A stretch of 64,000 bases of DNA from Bigelowiella natans CCMP2755. Lineage: Eukaryota > Protista > Cercozoa. The notes beneath the pieces were generated by a model. It had not been told where the DNA came from and did no database searches. It saw only the letters and a program-made list of their open reading frames with translations. Shown piece by piece: positions 13,326-25,055 of this stretch (position 1 is the stretch's first letter; the number at the start of each line of letters is the position of its first letter). Both the position numbers and the translations under genes were made by a program. The stretch covers positions 1 through 64,000 of the forward strand of contig ADNK01000879.1 of assembly GCA_000320545.1 (NCBI GenBank). Reading direction: 5' to 3'.

Positions 13326-14699
13326 AGAGAGAGAATGCACTACCTACTACCACTCCTACTACTTCTACTGCTACTACATTCTCCGGCCTGCAAAGCACCG
13401 CTTGCCACGAACGAAATGGTGTTTGAAGGAGGAGGAGAAGCGTTAAGTGGATAAGAATGCTGATTCGTCGCCAATAGTTTCATTCTGCTGTTGTTGCTAC
13501 TCGCTGCGTTCTCGCTCATATTGAAAAGCATAAGATAGGACATACATGAAGAAGAAATATCGCTTTCACTGTTAGTTGTATGTTTGCGCGTTCATCCTGC
13601 ATGAGGCTCGGCAGTGCCGTGGCGGTCTCATTGATGGCATGCACGACTAGATGTATGTACAAAATGAAGTGACGATTGAACATCCGGGACGCTTTAGTAA
13701 CCATGTCTACATGCATCATCACTAACTAGCCGCGATTCTGTCATCATGTGTCTATGAGCTCTATGAGCACGCATATATAGCGGCGCGCATATGCGCTATC
13801 TTGCTAGGCATAGGAAGCTTGTAGCCCAACGACAACAGTGGAGCTATAGTACACACAATGACCCTTTGGCGGCCCTGCTATGGCATTACTCACCAGCTAG
13901 CTTCAGCCTACAGCTAGCAGCTGCAAACATGCATGTAGATTTTTTTTGTCTACCCTCTCGTCCATGAATATACACACGGTGTGTATACCGTATACCGCCA
14001 TGCCTCTTATTATCTGCACGGCTTGTCAACAAGTCTACAAGACTGAGCGTGCTAGCGTGCCGCAACTGCATTGTGACGTGGCATTATGCATGGCTAGCTG
14101 GCGTTCACGTATACAACAAGCATCTCGTGCAGTATGCAATGAGTGCTATTGCTACATTGCTACGCCGTAACGCGTGTGCAGTGACAGTAATGGCCGACAG
14201 AAACGACGACACTACGAAAGACTGAGCAAGGAACATAGTTCGCTCCCACGAGCACATCGCAAGTGCACAACATACACATCATCACATTCGCAATCACGAA
14301 GCACATAATGATCACAGAAACTAAAAAATGTGATCTTATCGTTGTAGCCGCCGCATTCCACAGCTACATGCATTAGGATGACGATTGTGAAAGGCTTTAA
14401 TCATTGATTGACAACATTACATGTACGCGCACAAACGGTAAGTGCGAACATGATTCATCCACACAGAGCACAACATTGTTACCATGGCTCTCCTCGCCCA
14501 TATCAACTGAATCAATCACCGCTCACAATTACAATGCAAAATTTTACAGTCATTCACTTATACAATGCTGCTGGCATCAGTATTGTTATGAAAGCTGGTA
14601 GCACAAAATGGGCCCTAGTGGGTCCTTCGCCTCTTTTTCCTATTATTCCTACGATTTAGTGTTATCGACACCATCCAATTCAAGCACGCAAACACAGAC

Positions 14700-14961
14700 G
14701 AATTATTCAACACAGCAGAGCACTTCATCTCATACACGGGCAATGATTTTCAGCTGTTCCAGTCGTGCCATTTGATTGGTACAGTGCTACTACTACTACG
14801 ACTACTACTACTACTACTACTACTACCATTTTCATCATCATCCTCATCTTCATCTCTCATCTTTTAAATGTATATTGAGAGATATGCTTCTATGTATGCA
14901 TATACATACCCAGGTTGTCCGGCGTACCCATCCTCTTTTACATCTGCATGGATATTTATAA

Positions 14962-15000
<39 letters not shown>

Positions 15001-15566
15001 AGTGCTTCATGGGAGAAGAAGGACGGATGATGCGATTATGGGAACGTGCGGTAGTAGACGTCGTATTTTTGAACTACTACTGCTACTACTACTACTGCTG
15101 CTACTGTTGGTGGTGTCATGTCTTGAGGCTCCTTGCTCACCTTCCCCGCCTTGCTCATCTCTACCAAAGAGCGGGAGAAAGAATCCGAAGATGTCAAACT
15201 CCCCTTGTTTCTAATGTCCCACACAAATTAGATAATTCATCTGTATGACATCAAGTATCTGAATATGAGATATTCTGGGGCATGTACCAGCATGTATAAT
15301 ACCTTCTTCTTTCCTTGATTTTCGTTCCTACCATTTGGTTTTAGGAGTATCATCATCAAGTTCCAGTCGTGCACATTTGATTGGTACAGTGCTACTACTA
15401 CTACGACTACTACTACTACTACTACTACTACCATTTTCATCATCATCCTCATCTTCATCTCTCATCTTTTAAATGTATATTGAGAGATATGCTTCTATGT
15501 ATGCATATACATACCCAGGTTGTCCGGCGTACCCATCCTCTTTTACATCTGCATGGATATTTATAA

Positions 15567-15607
<41 letters not shown>

Positions 15608-16767
15608 AGTGCTTCATGGGAGAAGAAGGACGGATGATGCGATTATGGGAACGTGCGGTAGTAGACGTCGTATTTTTGAACTACTACTGCTACTACTACT
15701 ACTGCTGCTACTGTTGGTGGTGTCATGTCTTGAGGCTCCTTGCTCACCTTCACCAAAGAGCGGGAGAAAGAACTCAAAGATGTCAAACTCCCCTTGCTTC
15801 TGAAGTATAGAGCATGATCATCGATTATCGGGCATGCTACGAAGAAAAATGAAAAAAATAACAAGAGTTATAATTTTTTACATATGTCTGAGGCCCATAC
15901 ACACGCACACTTGCCCACACAAATTAGATAGTGCATTTTGTATGACATCAAGTATCTGAATATGAGAGATTCTAGGGCATGTACTAGCATGTATAATACC
16001 TTCTTCTTCCCTTTATTATTATGATTTTGTCCACCGAAGAAGTCTTGAGAACCAGAGTCTTTTGTGTCATGCGAATTCCTTTGGTTTTGCGTGCGATAAT
16101 TATTTGATACTGAAATCATTAATTGTACGCATTTTATGCATTATCAGATGTATTTGTCACTGCATCCACTCGAAATCCCTTGTGTTTCCTGCTAAATTTC
16201 GACATGACGACGTATGCTGATAACACCGATTCCTTTTGACGGCCAAATAATAACATTATGCATGTACTCGGAACTAAATTGTATGATTTCGCATTGCTAG
16301 GGTTTCTATCTACTATGTGTGTCTTACCAGCATTTATTCCCATATTTACAACCTCCTGGCGATTTGAACCACTTGCACTAACAAGGGGGTAATGATGATT
16401 CATGTCACAGCAACCAACACAAACTGAATGACTGCAGAAGGATAATTGTGGATAATATAAATATCTTTGCACACACACACACACACATACACACACACAC
16501 ATTTATAATTGTATGTGTGTGTGTGCGTGTGTGTGTGTGTGTGAGCCCGTATGCGTGTATAAATTTTAGCATTATTACTGGTCCCTTGCTTTTGTTGTTG
16601 TTGCCGTTCCTGCCTCCTCCGTTGTTGCCGTTCCTGCCTCCGTTGTTGCCATTTTTGTTTTTTTTATAATTTCCTCCTCCCTTGCCTTTCCGTTTATTGT
16701 TCCAGCGTTTCTTGTTATTCTGTCCCCCTCCGTTCCCACCCCCACTATTATTCCCCCCTCCAAACAT
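14700..16767 (-). CDS. small Gly/Asn/Lys-rich CCCH zinc-finger protein with duplicated C-terminal exons
   Basis: MFGGGNNSGG...KSKGP | CKWFKSPGGCKYGNKCW | NSH (C-x8-C-x5-C-x3-H spacing); then KQGEFDIFxFFLPLFG and DVKEDGYAGQPG exons twice; 3' end uncertain. Confidence 0.7.
14757..16012. repeat. recent tandem duplication (about 14757-15315 and 15361-16012)
   Basis: Near-identical copies, each starting ttccagtcgtgc, including matching (TAC)n/(TA)n tracts; an indel of about 115 bp at 15798-15913 and an 18-bp in-frame exon indel. Confidence 0.95.
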
Positions 16768-17053
16768 TGTGATCGATCTTTCTCTTGCGACGATCCTCCA
16801 CAGGAAGGTCACAATGCGTTGTTTATTGTCTGGGAATTCTGAATTACTACGAGTCGCCGTCGTATGCGCAGCCTACTACCTACTGGAGTTGTCGCATGTT
16901 CAAAATGAGAGGGATTTTACCACAAAATGAACGGAAATGGCAACTTCTCTGTCGCTACCCCTTTGGCGATGCGGGTCCCATTCTTTCTTTTTCTGTGGAA
17001 AAAAAAACTCGAGTGACTCGTTTCGGGCATTGCAAGCGTCTCGCCTCACTTTA

Positions 17054-18315
17054 GGAACGTTGTTTTTCATCATTGTCTTTGTCTTTGTCTCTCGATTTGC
17101 ACCCTGCTGGTGCGCCGATGCGCGCCGATGCGGGAATGGGGGGGGGGGGGGTTCGGGTCACATGCGAGGGCAGCTTTCCCCCCCATCCCTGATCCACGTG
17201 TTCACCGGCAGGATGGACAAACGTGTCGCCACGGCCACCGGTGACCTGCACAATTGATGAAGGACGCTTGGTTTTGTTGCAAAAGTCTCTTCCAATTCGA
17301 ATTGACTCACCCAGAGAGTTTTGCACTTGACAAAACTGGACGGCAAAGAAGTCCCTAGCTAGCTAGACAAGGTGATTGAGACATGGAGAATCTCAGTCCC
17401 AGTCTAGATTGAAAATCACCAAAATCCACTGAGGCATTGGCAACAAAGTTGCTGAAATCAAAGCGACGTTCCAAGTGTCTAGAGTGTGGAGCACGCTGCA
17501 ATCGTGCTGTGCAGCTGGGATTTGATTTGAACAAAAAATCAAACAATGATTGAGCAAATTGGATCTCAATGAAGACAGCTTGGCTTCCCCTCGACGAACG
17601 CAAGTCGGTGGGGGGGAAATGGAAAACTCCAACTGAGCCCCTCTGGCCCTCGCGGGGCAACCCATCTAGCCATGGCAACCATGCTAGCATGGGTGGCTAG
17701 ATGGGGAGGTGACTCTCAAAGTCGCTGCCGCGCGCGACTTCCCGTTGATCAACTCATCAATTGCTCTTTGCTCAGAGTCTCATCAACAAAGAGTTCTGGC
17801 CCTTCACTTGTCATTGAAGCTTGAGGGAACTTTGAAGCACCTGGTGACTGCTGGACTGCACCAATCTAGCAATGATGAGCTAGAAAGGCAGGCCGATTCA
17901 GTGTTCAATGCAATTGTGTTCAAAGTTAGTTGAGCGGAGAATGTGCCTTGCATTGCACACATTGCTAGATTGGCTAGTTGGGTTGCAATCGCGCATCGTG
18001 GAACAAAAGTTTGCGGATCGTCGTGTGGCCCTCAGCCCTTGGCTGTGAGAGTTGTTCAGTTAGTGTTGGCTGTGTCAGTGCATGTGTGTGAGATCGGCAC
18101 TGGGGCAGTCACATGCAGAACACGCACTGCACTGTGCTAGTGTGTCTTGTGCGAGCATCAGCGCGTGCGGCGACCAAAAAATTGGAAAACCAGCTCGTGC
18201 ATTGCCACAAAGGAACAACAGCTAACAACTAGACAACGCCCAGAATGCAGAGCCTGCGATGCATGAAATCACCACCGCACCGATCACAGTGACGCACTTG
18301 GTTTTGGTCATTGCC
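17054..18315. other. TpA-depleted intergenic island 1 (probable hypermutated repeat/relic)
   Basis: About 17 TpA in 1.26 kb: about 14 in CTAG and 3 in TTAG/CTAA; TG/CA-rich; no long di- or trinucleotide microsatellites. Confidence 0.85.
17661..17705. repeat. nested inverted repeat / hairpin
   Basis: 12-bp arms cccatctagcca (17661-17672) and tggctagatggg (17694-17705) enclose the 14-bp palindrome ccatgctagcatgg (17679-17692). Confidence 0.9.
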
Positions 18316-18674
18316 TTATTCATTCGGTGTCATGCTTGTCTAGATGTACCAGTGCCAACAGATGCAAGTCAGTGCCCCCCGTCAATGCAAATGGCACTGG
18401 CAGCATGAAAAAAATCCTGGATGTCGGTTTCATTGGCTGCTTTTACACATCAATCTGCTTTAGATCTTTTCTTCAATGCCAACTCCAAGATCCCTTTTCG
18501 CATCCTTGAATGAACAAATTGAAATATTTACGATCGGAAGTCACACAATCTACCCCCTCTACGCTTGTAGTACGCACATATCGTATCGACATAAATGCTT
18601 CGAAATCGAAAGCTTATTATGTAATCTAGCTTTAATCTACATTGCTGTAGCTATCGTAACTAACTTCAGCAGGT

Positions 18675-19470
18675 TCATACACACACACACATACACACAC
18701 ACACACACACACAACCGCACACACTTACTTCTTGCTCAGAATCACAGCGCCGACCATATTGATGAAGATTGCCGCCGAAAGAGGTACCAAGCCACCTGGG
18801 AATGGATGCAAAAACGTGGGAAAATGATCTGAGAAAGAGGAGGACGAGGAGGACTAGCGCCACTTCCTTCTAACTAATCGAGTCATTGGAAATGCCATAC
18901 CATCTATACGTCCAATGACGCTTCTCAAGCACATACATCATCGGGCAAGTATAAGCTATTACCAGGCCCTCCAAGCACATCGTTTTGTACTCTGGCGTGG
19001 ATGGCGCTCTCACAGAGAGCATACCACGTAATAGAGCTCAGACTGCCGCAACTGAATCCTTTTCCATCAAGGAGAGGGAGATGAAGGGCGAGATGAAGAA
19101 GGGGCCGGGGGGGGGGCGGAAGGAGAAGGAAATAACAGAATAAAACACATCTTGTCTGATGGGTACATTAGGATGAGTAGGTGTAGTTAGTAGTTTTTTC
19201 TCCCCCCACCCTGTCTTCCTCCTTCATCTTCATTATCATCATTAGCTTTATCATCACTCCCATTACATGGGTGACGCTGCTTTCGTAATTCTATCAATCA
19301 TTCATTCAGAGATGATAAGCACTAACCGACGACAAGTTGTGGAATAGTGTGGAATCCGCTCAAGTGGCGATACACAAGACTCACGAAATCGTATGCCTAC
19401 GCAACCAGACATGCGGGAGACGCCTTTAGGTATTCGTATCAGTACAACGACAAACATGAAGATAATATTG

Positions 19471-19554
<84 letters not shown>

Positions 19555-19804
19555 GAGAGAAAGAGAGAAAGACAGAGAGAAGAACAAGCACCACCCCATC
19601 ACCAGGACTGTGAGCGCCAACATTGTTCCAGGTACCGGGGAAGAAGGCCACCTGCAACGAAAACATGCATGCGTCACACTAATATTTATACAGGGACAAT
19701 CGACGGCGTAATTCATACGATAACAAATCACCACAACGCATTCACACACATTTATGTCATTAATATGTATATTTATATAAATTAAAGTACTTTTGTGTGT
19801 GTGT

Positions 19805-19839
<35 letters not shown>

Positions 19840-21123
19840 TATATAGTTTAAATCTAGATTTGTTGTCCATACTTTAAAGAAATCCTAACGACACTATTAC
19901 ATATGGTACTCTCCCATACGATAAATAACGCCTCTTCTCACCAGACGGGAGGGTGCGTGAGAAGACTGAGCGTTGAAAACACAGACAAAAACGCCAGGGA
20001 CGAGGCATGGCTGCTCGGCATTCCGGGATCCTTTTTAAAACAATAAAATAGTAAGAAATGATTATATTTTGCTCTGGACGAACGCGCTTATCCGTGAGAG
20101 CGTCATTACCGTCTGCTTCGCTCCCTCTGGTCTCGCCTCGTTGATCACTCGCTAAAGCCATCCAACAAAAGACACGATGTTGCGTTTGTGTGGGTTAAAG
20201 CATACATTTGTCATTCTCACAGATAAGCAGGATGCATTACCCACTAACCTTAAGGATTTTGTTTAGAACAGCATTAACCAGCGCCCCCACCACCATATTC
20301 AACGCAATTGCGTTCTTTGTGAACAAATCAGTGGGTAGTGAAGTGTCAGTAGGACGAAGTATGGTGGGTGCCGAACGCACGGGAGCTAGTAATTGAAAAA
20401 CTACAGGCAAGTTTTTTCAGCACAACATACCCTCAGGAGAAGGAAACTCAGGGCTACGACTCCAGACACCAACCACTTCGTTGAACATCCAACCAGTTTC
20501 ACTAGTATGTGATATAAACAATGGCAAGTGACGACAGTCCATCGTAGTTACTAGAGGTCAGAAACTAGAAGATCTTTGATTACACCATCATCATCATTCC
20601 CAAAATTTTGCTCACGCATACGCAAGAACACAGCAGTCATATAAATATGTTAAATACATATAACAGTATGTGTGATACAGCTGAACGCATACGATCATAA
20701 GGCGAAAATGTCTCTGGTTGTTTGGCTATCAACCTGGGAATGGGATTTGCTTGTTTGTGGTCAAAGCTATATCTTCCTATGTAAAATACATACATCTTAC
20801 AACACAATAGCATGCGTTACATACATCGATATGATTCAGTATGTATGTGTAAGGAATAACCCCGTCCTTCTCCATTGCCTTCACAATGCAGCTGCTGCCG
20901 CTTACTCGATAGTTAGCAGAAGTAAATTTGTTTTGCCCCTTCTTCTTCACTCGTTCCACAGTATTGGGGAGTAGTAATGGAGAGCGAGAAAACGAAGATG
21001 ATGGCAGAGGGTGACGTGATTTCAAATTTGCCCAGGCTGGATTCGATCCTATTTCCCACCTGCGTCAATTCACACAGATGTATGTTGAGAGGAATTTTGC
21101 CACATCAGAAAGGACAGCAACAT
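18675..21123 (-). CDS. PAP2-family lipid phosphate phosphatase (LPP-epsilon/dolichyl-pyrophosphate phosphatase-like)
   Basis: Exons STKWLVSGVVALSFLLLR | NAIALNMVVGALVNAVLNKILK | RVINEARPEGAKQT | DPGMPSSHASSLAFL | ...LVYRHLSGFHTIPQLVVG contain PAP2 C1 (KxxxxxxRP), C2 (PSSH) and C3 (RxxxxxH) motifs; ends approximate. Confidence 0.88.
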
Positions 21124-21824
21124 GAATGTGTCTGTTTTTTTTATATATTCGACGGAATTCTCTTGCAAACATGGACCGGAACCCCCAAGCGCGACCACAC
21201 ATGATGTGCCACCAGCAGCCAACCACGTGGTGTTGAACATGAAAAGGATGTCACATGCTGCGCTCGACCTGCAGAGTGGTAGGGGGGAGGACGACCACGG
21301 ACGTGGAGTGGTGATTGACGTTGATGAATGCACCTAGCATCAGAGGGCAGAGAGGTCAGAATTCGCTGGTCTCACTGCAGGGTAGGGGAATCACCTTGCT
21401 GCGATTACGACGTGTCTGGGAGGGGGTCTGCCTCTTCTGTTTTCGCGCGACACATCGAGTGAGAAATCAAGTTGTCGCAGGATGAAAACGGGATGCCCTC
21501 AGGTTGTCGCAGTGGGGAAAAACATCATTTGTCAATCGCGCTCGGCTGGCCCTTGTTGGAGAAAGAAAGATTGGTCTCTCTCCAGATCCAATGGAGATTG
21601 AAGTGAAACTTGGTGCCCTCACAGGAGTTTCCTAATCTTCGGACACTATCGGACACTTACGGGCAATAATGCTCTCTCTCCGGGGATTCGCCGCAGGGAG
21701 AGTGAGTCTCCGTGAAGATCTTCACACGTGACTCCAAAACAGAGTCCATGAGTGGATCTTTCGACGCGAAAAGGAAGACGATGATGAAAGAATCTCTGGC
21801 GGGAGAAGTTCGAAAGCACAGGTA

Positions 21825-22787
21825 CTCATCCTGCGAGGCTTGCGTTCGGGAGCTTGACTCTTTGTCATGCTCTCAGCGTTCTGAGGCATGGGGAAATGAG
21901 GTGGACTCCATTGGCAACCAATCGAGAAATTGAGGGAGAAGGAGAACAAGCTGAATGACCGACTTGCGCGATTTGAACAATGCACAATGAACAATGAACA
22001 ATGACAGCAAACCACGTTTCCAAAATGCAACAAGACGTTTGCAGTTGTGCGAAACGCAGTGCCTCGAGCTGAACCTAGCTAGCTAGCGAGGTCTGATTTT
22101 GGGCACGACACAATCATCGACGCCATGACAATGCTTTGAACAATTTTGCTCTGAAGGAAAGTTTGCGAAGGAGGAGCTTGATGAGAAAACAAAGAAAGTG
22201 GAAGCAAGTGGCTGAAACTCAAAAGGAAATCCAGGAAACAAAGGCAGAACTGAAGGAAATGACAAATTCGAGGAGGCAGCCGGTGATGTGTTTTTGTTGA
22301 CACCTGAGGAACAATCGGTCATCATTGTTCATTGTTCATTGTTCGGTGTGCTGCTGGCATGCACAGCAGCGCGTTGAAAGCGCACCACGGGCCCTGCAAC
22401 ACAATGCACACCAGAGCTGGAGCGGTGCTCAATCATCAACGCGCACCACAACAGACTAGCAGATGCTGGCCAATGAATGCGATGTGCAAAATGACGTGCA
22501 GCAAACAGCACGTTGCTGACAATGCCTGCCATGCTGGCATGCAATGCCACCTGCAAGTGTGATGATGACTTGCAGCGTGGAGACACTCGTGCTTGCGTGC
22601 GAACAGGTGTGACAAACTGTTGTTCAAGTTGAAGAGAATTCCACCATCGCGCGCATCGCAGGTGAGGCGGACGGAGACGCGACGGTTGAAGTGCAAGCCG
22701 TCGCAGTTTGCCACAAGCGGCAACCCGGAAGAATCGGAAGCTGGGGGCTCTTTGGCGACGATCGGATCGGAGGAAATGAAATGAAAA
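21825..22787. other. TpA-depleted intergenic island 2
   Basis: About 960 bp with only 4 TpA, all in CTAG (22076-22087, 22456); partial depletion extends left to about 21150. Confidence 0.9.
21986..22075 (+). repeat. dispersed repeat, copy A (copy B at 51784-51868)
   Basis: tgaacaatgaacaatgaca...tttccaaaatgcaacaagacgtttgcagt...cgaaacgcagtgcctcga is shared with island 4. Confidence 0.9.
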
Positions 22788-22943
22788 TTAAATTTGAAAC
22801 AGCTGGGGTTTCATGGGTGCGACAAAGATTTTTCTTGTCGCTTCTTTCCTCTTCATCTCAATCCAATTGCAAAGCAAACAACGAACCGACGATCCAACAG
22901 TTGTCTCCAGCACCAGCACAGCACAGCACAGCACAACAGCACG

Positions 22944-24106
22944 ATGATGAGGATGCAGCAGCAGCAGCGCCTGGCAAGGCGAGCGATCTGCTGCCGTAAG
23001 GGGGGGTCGATTTCCCTGCACGTCGCTCCTCCTCATCATCATTATCATTCTCCTCCTTCATTACGGTTCGTGTGTTTCAGCTTCGCCCGTCTATGCGCTG
23101 TGGATGTAGATAGATGTACAGGAAGAGGAAGAGTAGGAAAGACTCCCTACTCCCTTGTCCTGATCCCTTGTCCTGATCGAATGTGCATGGGTGTCCTTTT
23201 CTAGGTACGCTAAGACCCTGACCATCAAAGTTGCCAATTCCCCACCGACACCATCTTCGCTGCATTGTCAAACGGTCAGGAGAGCTGCACTTACCCCGGC
23301 CTACATTTCTTCGTCTGCTTCCACCTCCTCCTCCTCCTCCTCATCATCATCATCATCATTATCATCATTATCTTCGTCTTCGTCGTCTTCATCATCATTA
23401 AGAAGTGGTCCCTCAATATTACCGCTGTTCGGATCGAGGTCCAATTCCTCGAAGCCGCTCCTCGTGAAAAGATCATCATTGTTCTGTACAGCAGACGATG
23501 TTGGTCATCGCAATGGAGGCAATCGTTACAGAACGGGGCGTGTTCTTCGTAATTCCTTTTTCGCCAGATCTCCAGCTTCTTCTTGTTCTTCTCCTTGTTC
23601 TTCTTCTTCCTTCTCTGCATCCCTTTCCAGCTCGGCAGGTCATTCGCACTCCCCTCCCACAAATGTGCATGCATGCATCATAGTTACAAAAAATTACATC
23701 CATCTTCCACCCCCTCTCCCCTCCCTTTTCATCTTTCAGGGCAGCAAGCGGCGCTCAGAGTTGTCCTCGTGGGGCGGCCGAACACGGGAAAGTCTTCTCT
23801 GTTTAACGCCCTTATGGCTGAGGATGACAGGAGCGGCGACGTCGATGAAAAGCGAGGTCAGTGTTACACTAATTCTCGTCGTGGTAATAAGAAATGAGAC
23901 ACCGTGACAAGCAATATCATCGTTATCATGATCATTTTGTAATTGTCATCGTTGTCTTCGTAGCCGTGCAAAGCTTTAAATCCGCGGTCGTGTCTTCGAT
24001 CCCAGGAACTACGAGGTGGGCCAGAAGAGTGATCACGGAGGGAGGGAGAGAAGGAAGAAGAGGGAGACGCAACCTCTTTGCATTGCCATCTTCTTCCTCT
24101 CTTTCT

Positions 24107-24144
<38 letters not shown>

Positions 24145-24974
24145 TCTCTGCCCTTCTAGCTAATCGGCAATTAACGCTGATACCCTAGTCATAATAATAA
24201 CATACACACCACCACCCATATTGCTATATTCTCTATTCTTGGTATGATGACGATGGCAAGGGACTATAAGGAAGGCAGCTTAGCCTGGAAGGGAGCCCGA
24301 ATACAGATCGTCGATACTGGTGATATCATTAACGTAATCGGATATTCTTCGGGAGAACAACGGTGGATTTTTGTCCCACGAAGTCTTTTGCTTGTTTTTT
24401 GTCCTTTCCTAACCTTTGCCCCCTCCCCCCTTTGTTTTCTCCAGGTGGTCTGGAAGTTGGTGATACGCCAGATAATCCAAAGTAAGTATCTGCATCTTGA
24501 AACTGCAGCAAGCTACGTCAACGTACAGATTGCAGTGGGAAAACGCGCACGATTTCCACCTATCTCAGACAGAAATCGTAGGAGTATTTAATGCTGCAAA
24601 ATTGATGAGATCCGTGCGCAATCACATAGCATCTTCTTCATGATATCAATTATCCATGCTGCTGCTGCTGCTGCTGCTACAGTTGTAATAAAATTACTGG
24701 GGGGAGGAGGAAAGGAAGATGAAAAAGCGTTATCGAGTTATGCTGCGGATGTGATCAGTAGCGAGTTCTTCTTTTGATGAGACTGCCGTTGTTAAAGTGC
24801 GTTTTTGTTTCTTCCCTCTTGTTTCGTATTGTACGAACATTTCCTCCTTCGATCATGCTGGTGCATTCATTACCATACACGTGCAAAGCAACCTCTCTGC
24901 CGAGATGATAACGGAGATACGCCAGCAGTGCCAGGTTTTTTCCCAGTAATCGGCTATGATGCAAAGATTTACCG

Positions 24975-25006
<32 letters not shown>

Positions 25007-25020
25007 TATACATACCAACA

Positions 25021-25055
<35 letters not shown>

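Noticed and set aside
21712-22784. Short ORFs in island 2 as real genes or a transposase
   Set aside because: No recognisable motifs; openness is explained by loss of TAA stops.
17054-22787. Classical RIP or CpG-methylation decay as the cause of island composition
   Set aside because: RIP creates TpA, which is absent here; CpG remains plentiful in the islands, and CpG decay does not remove TpA.
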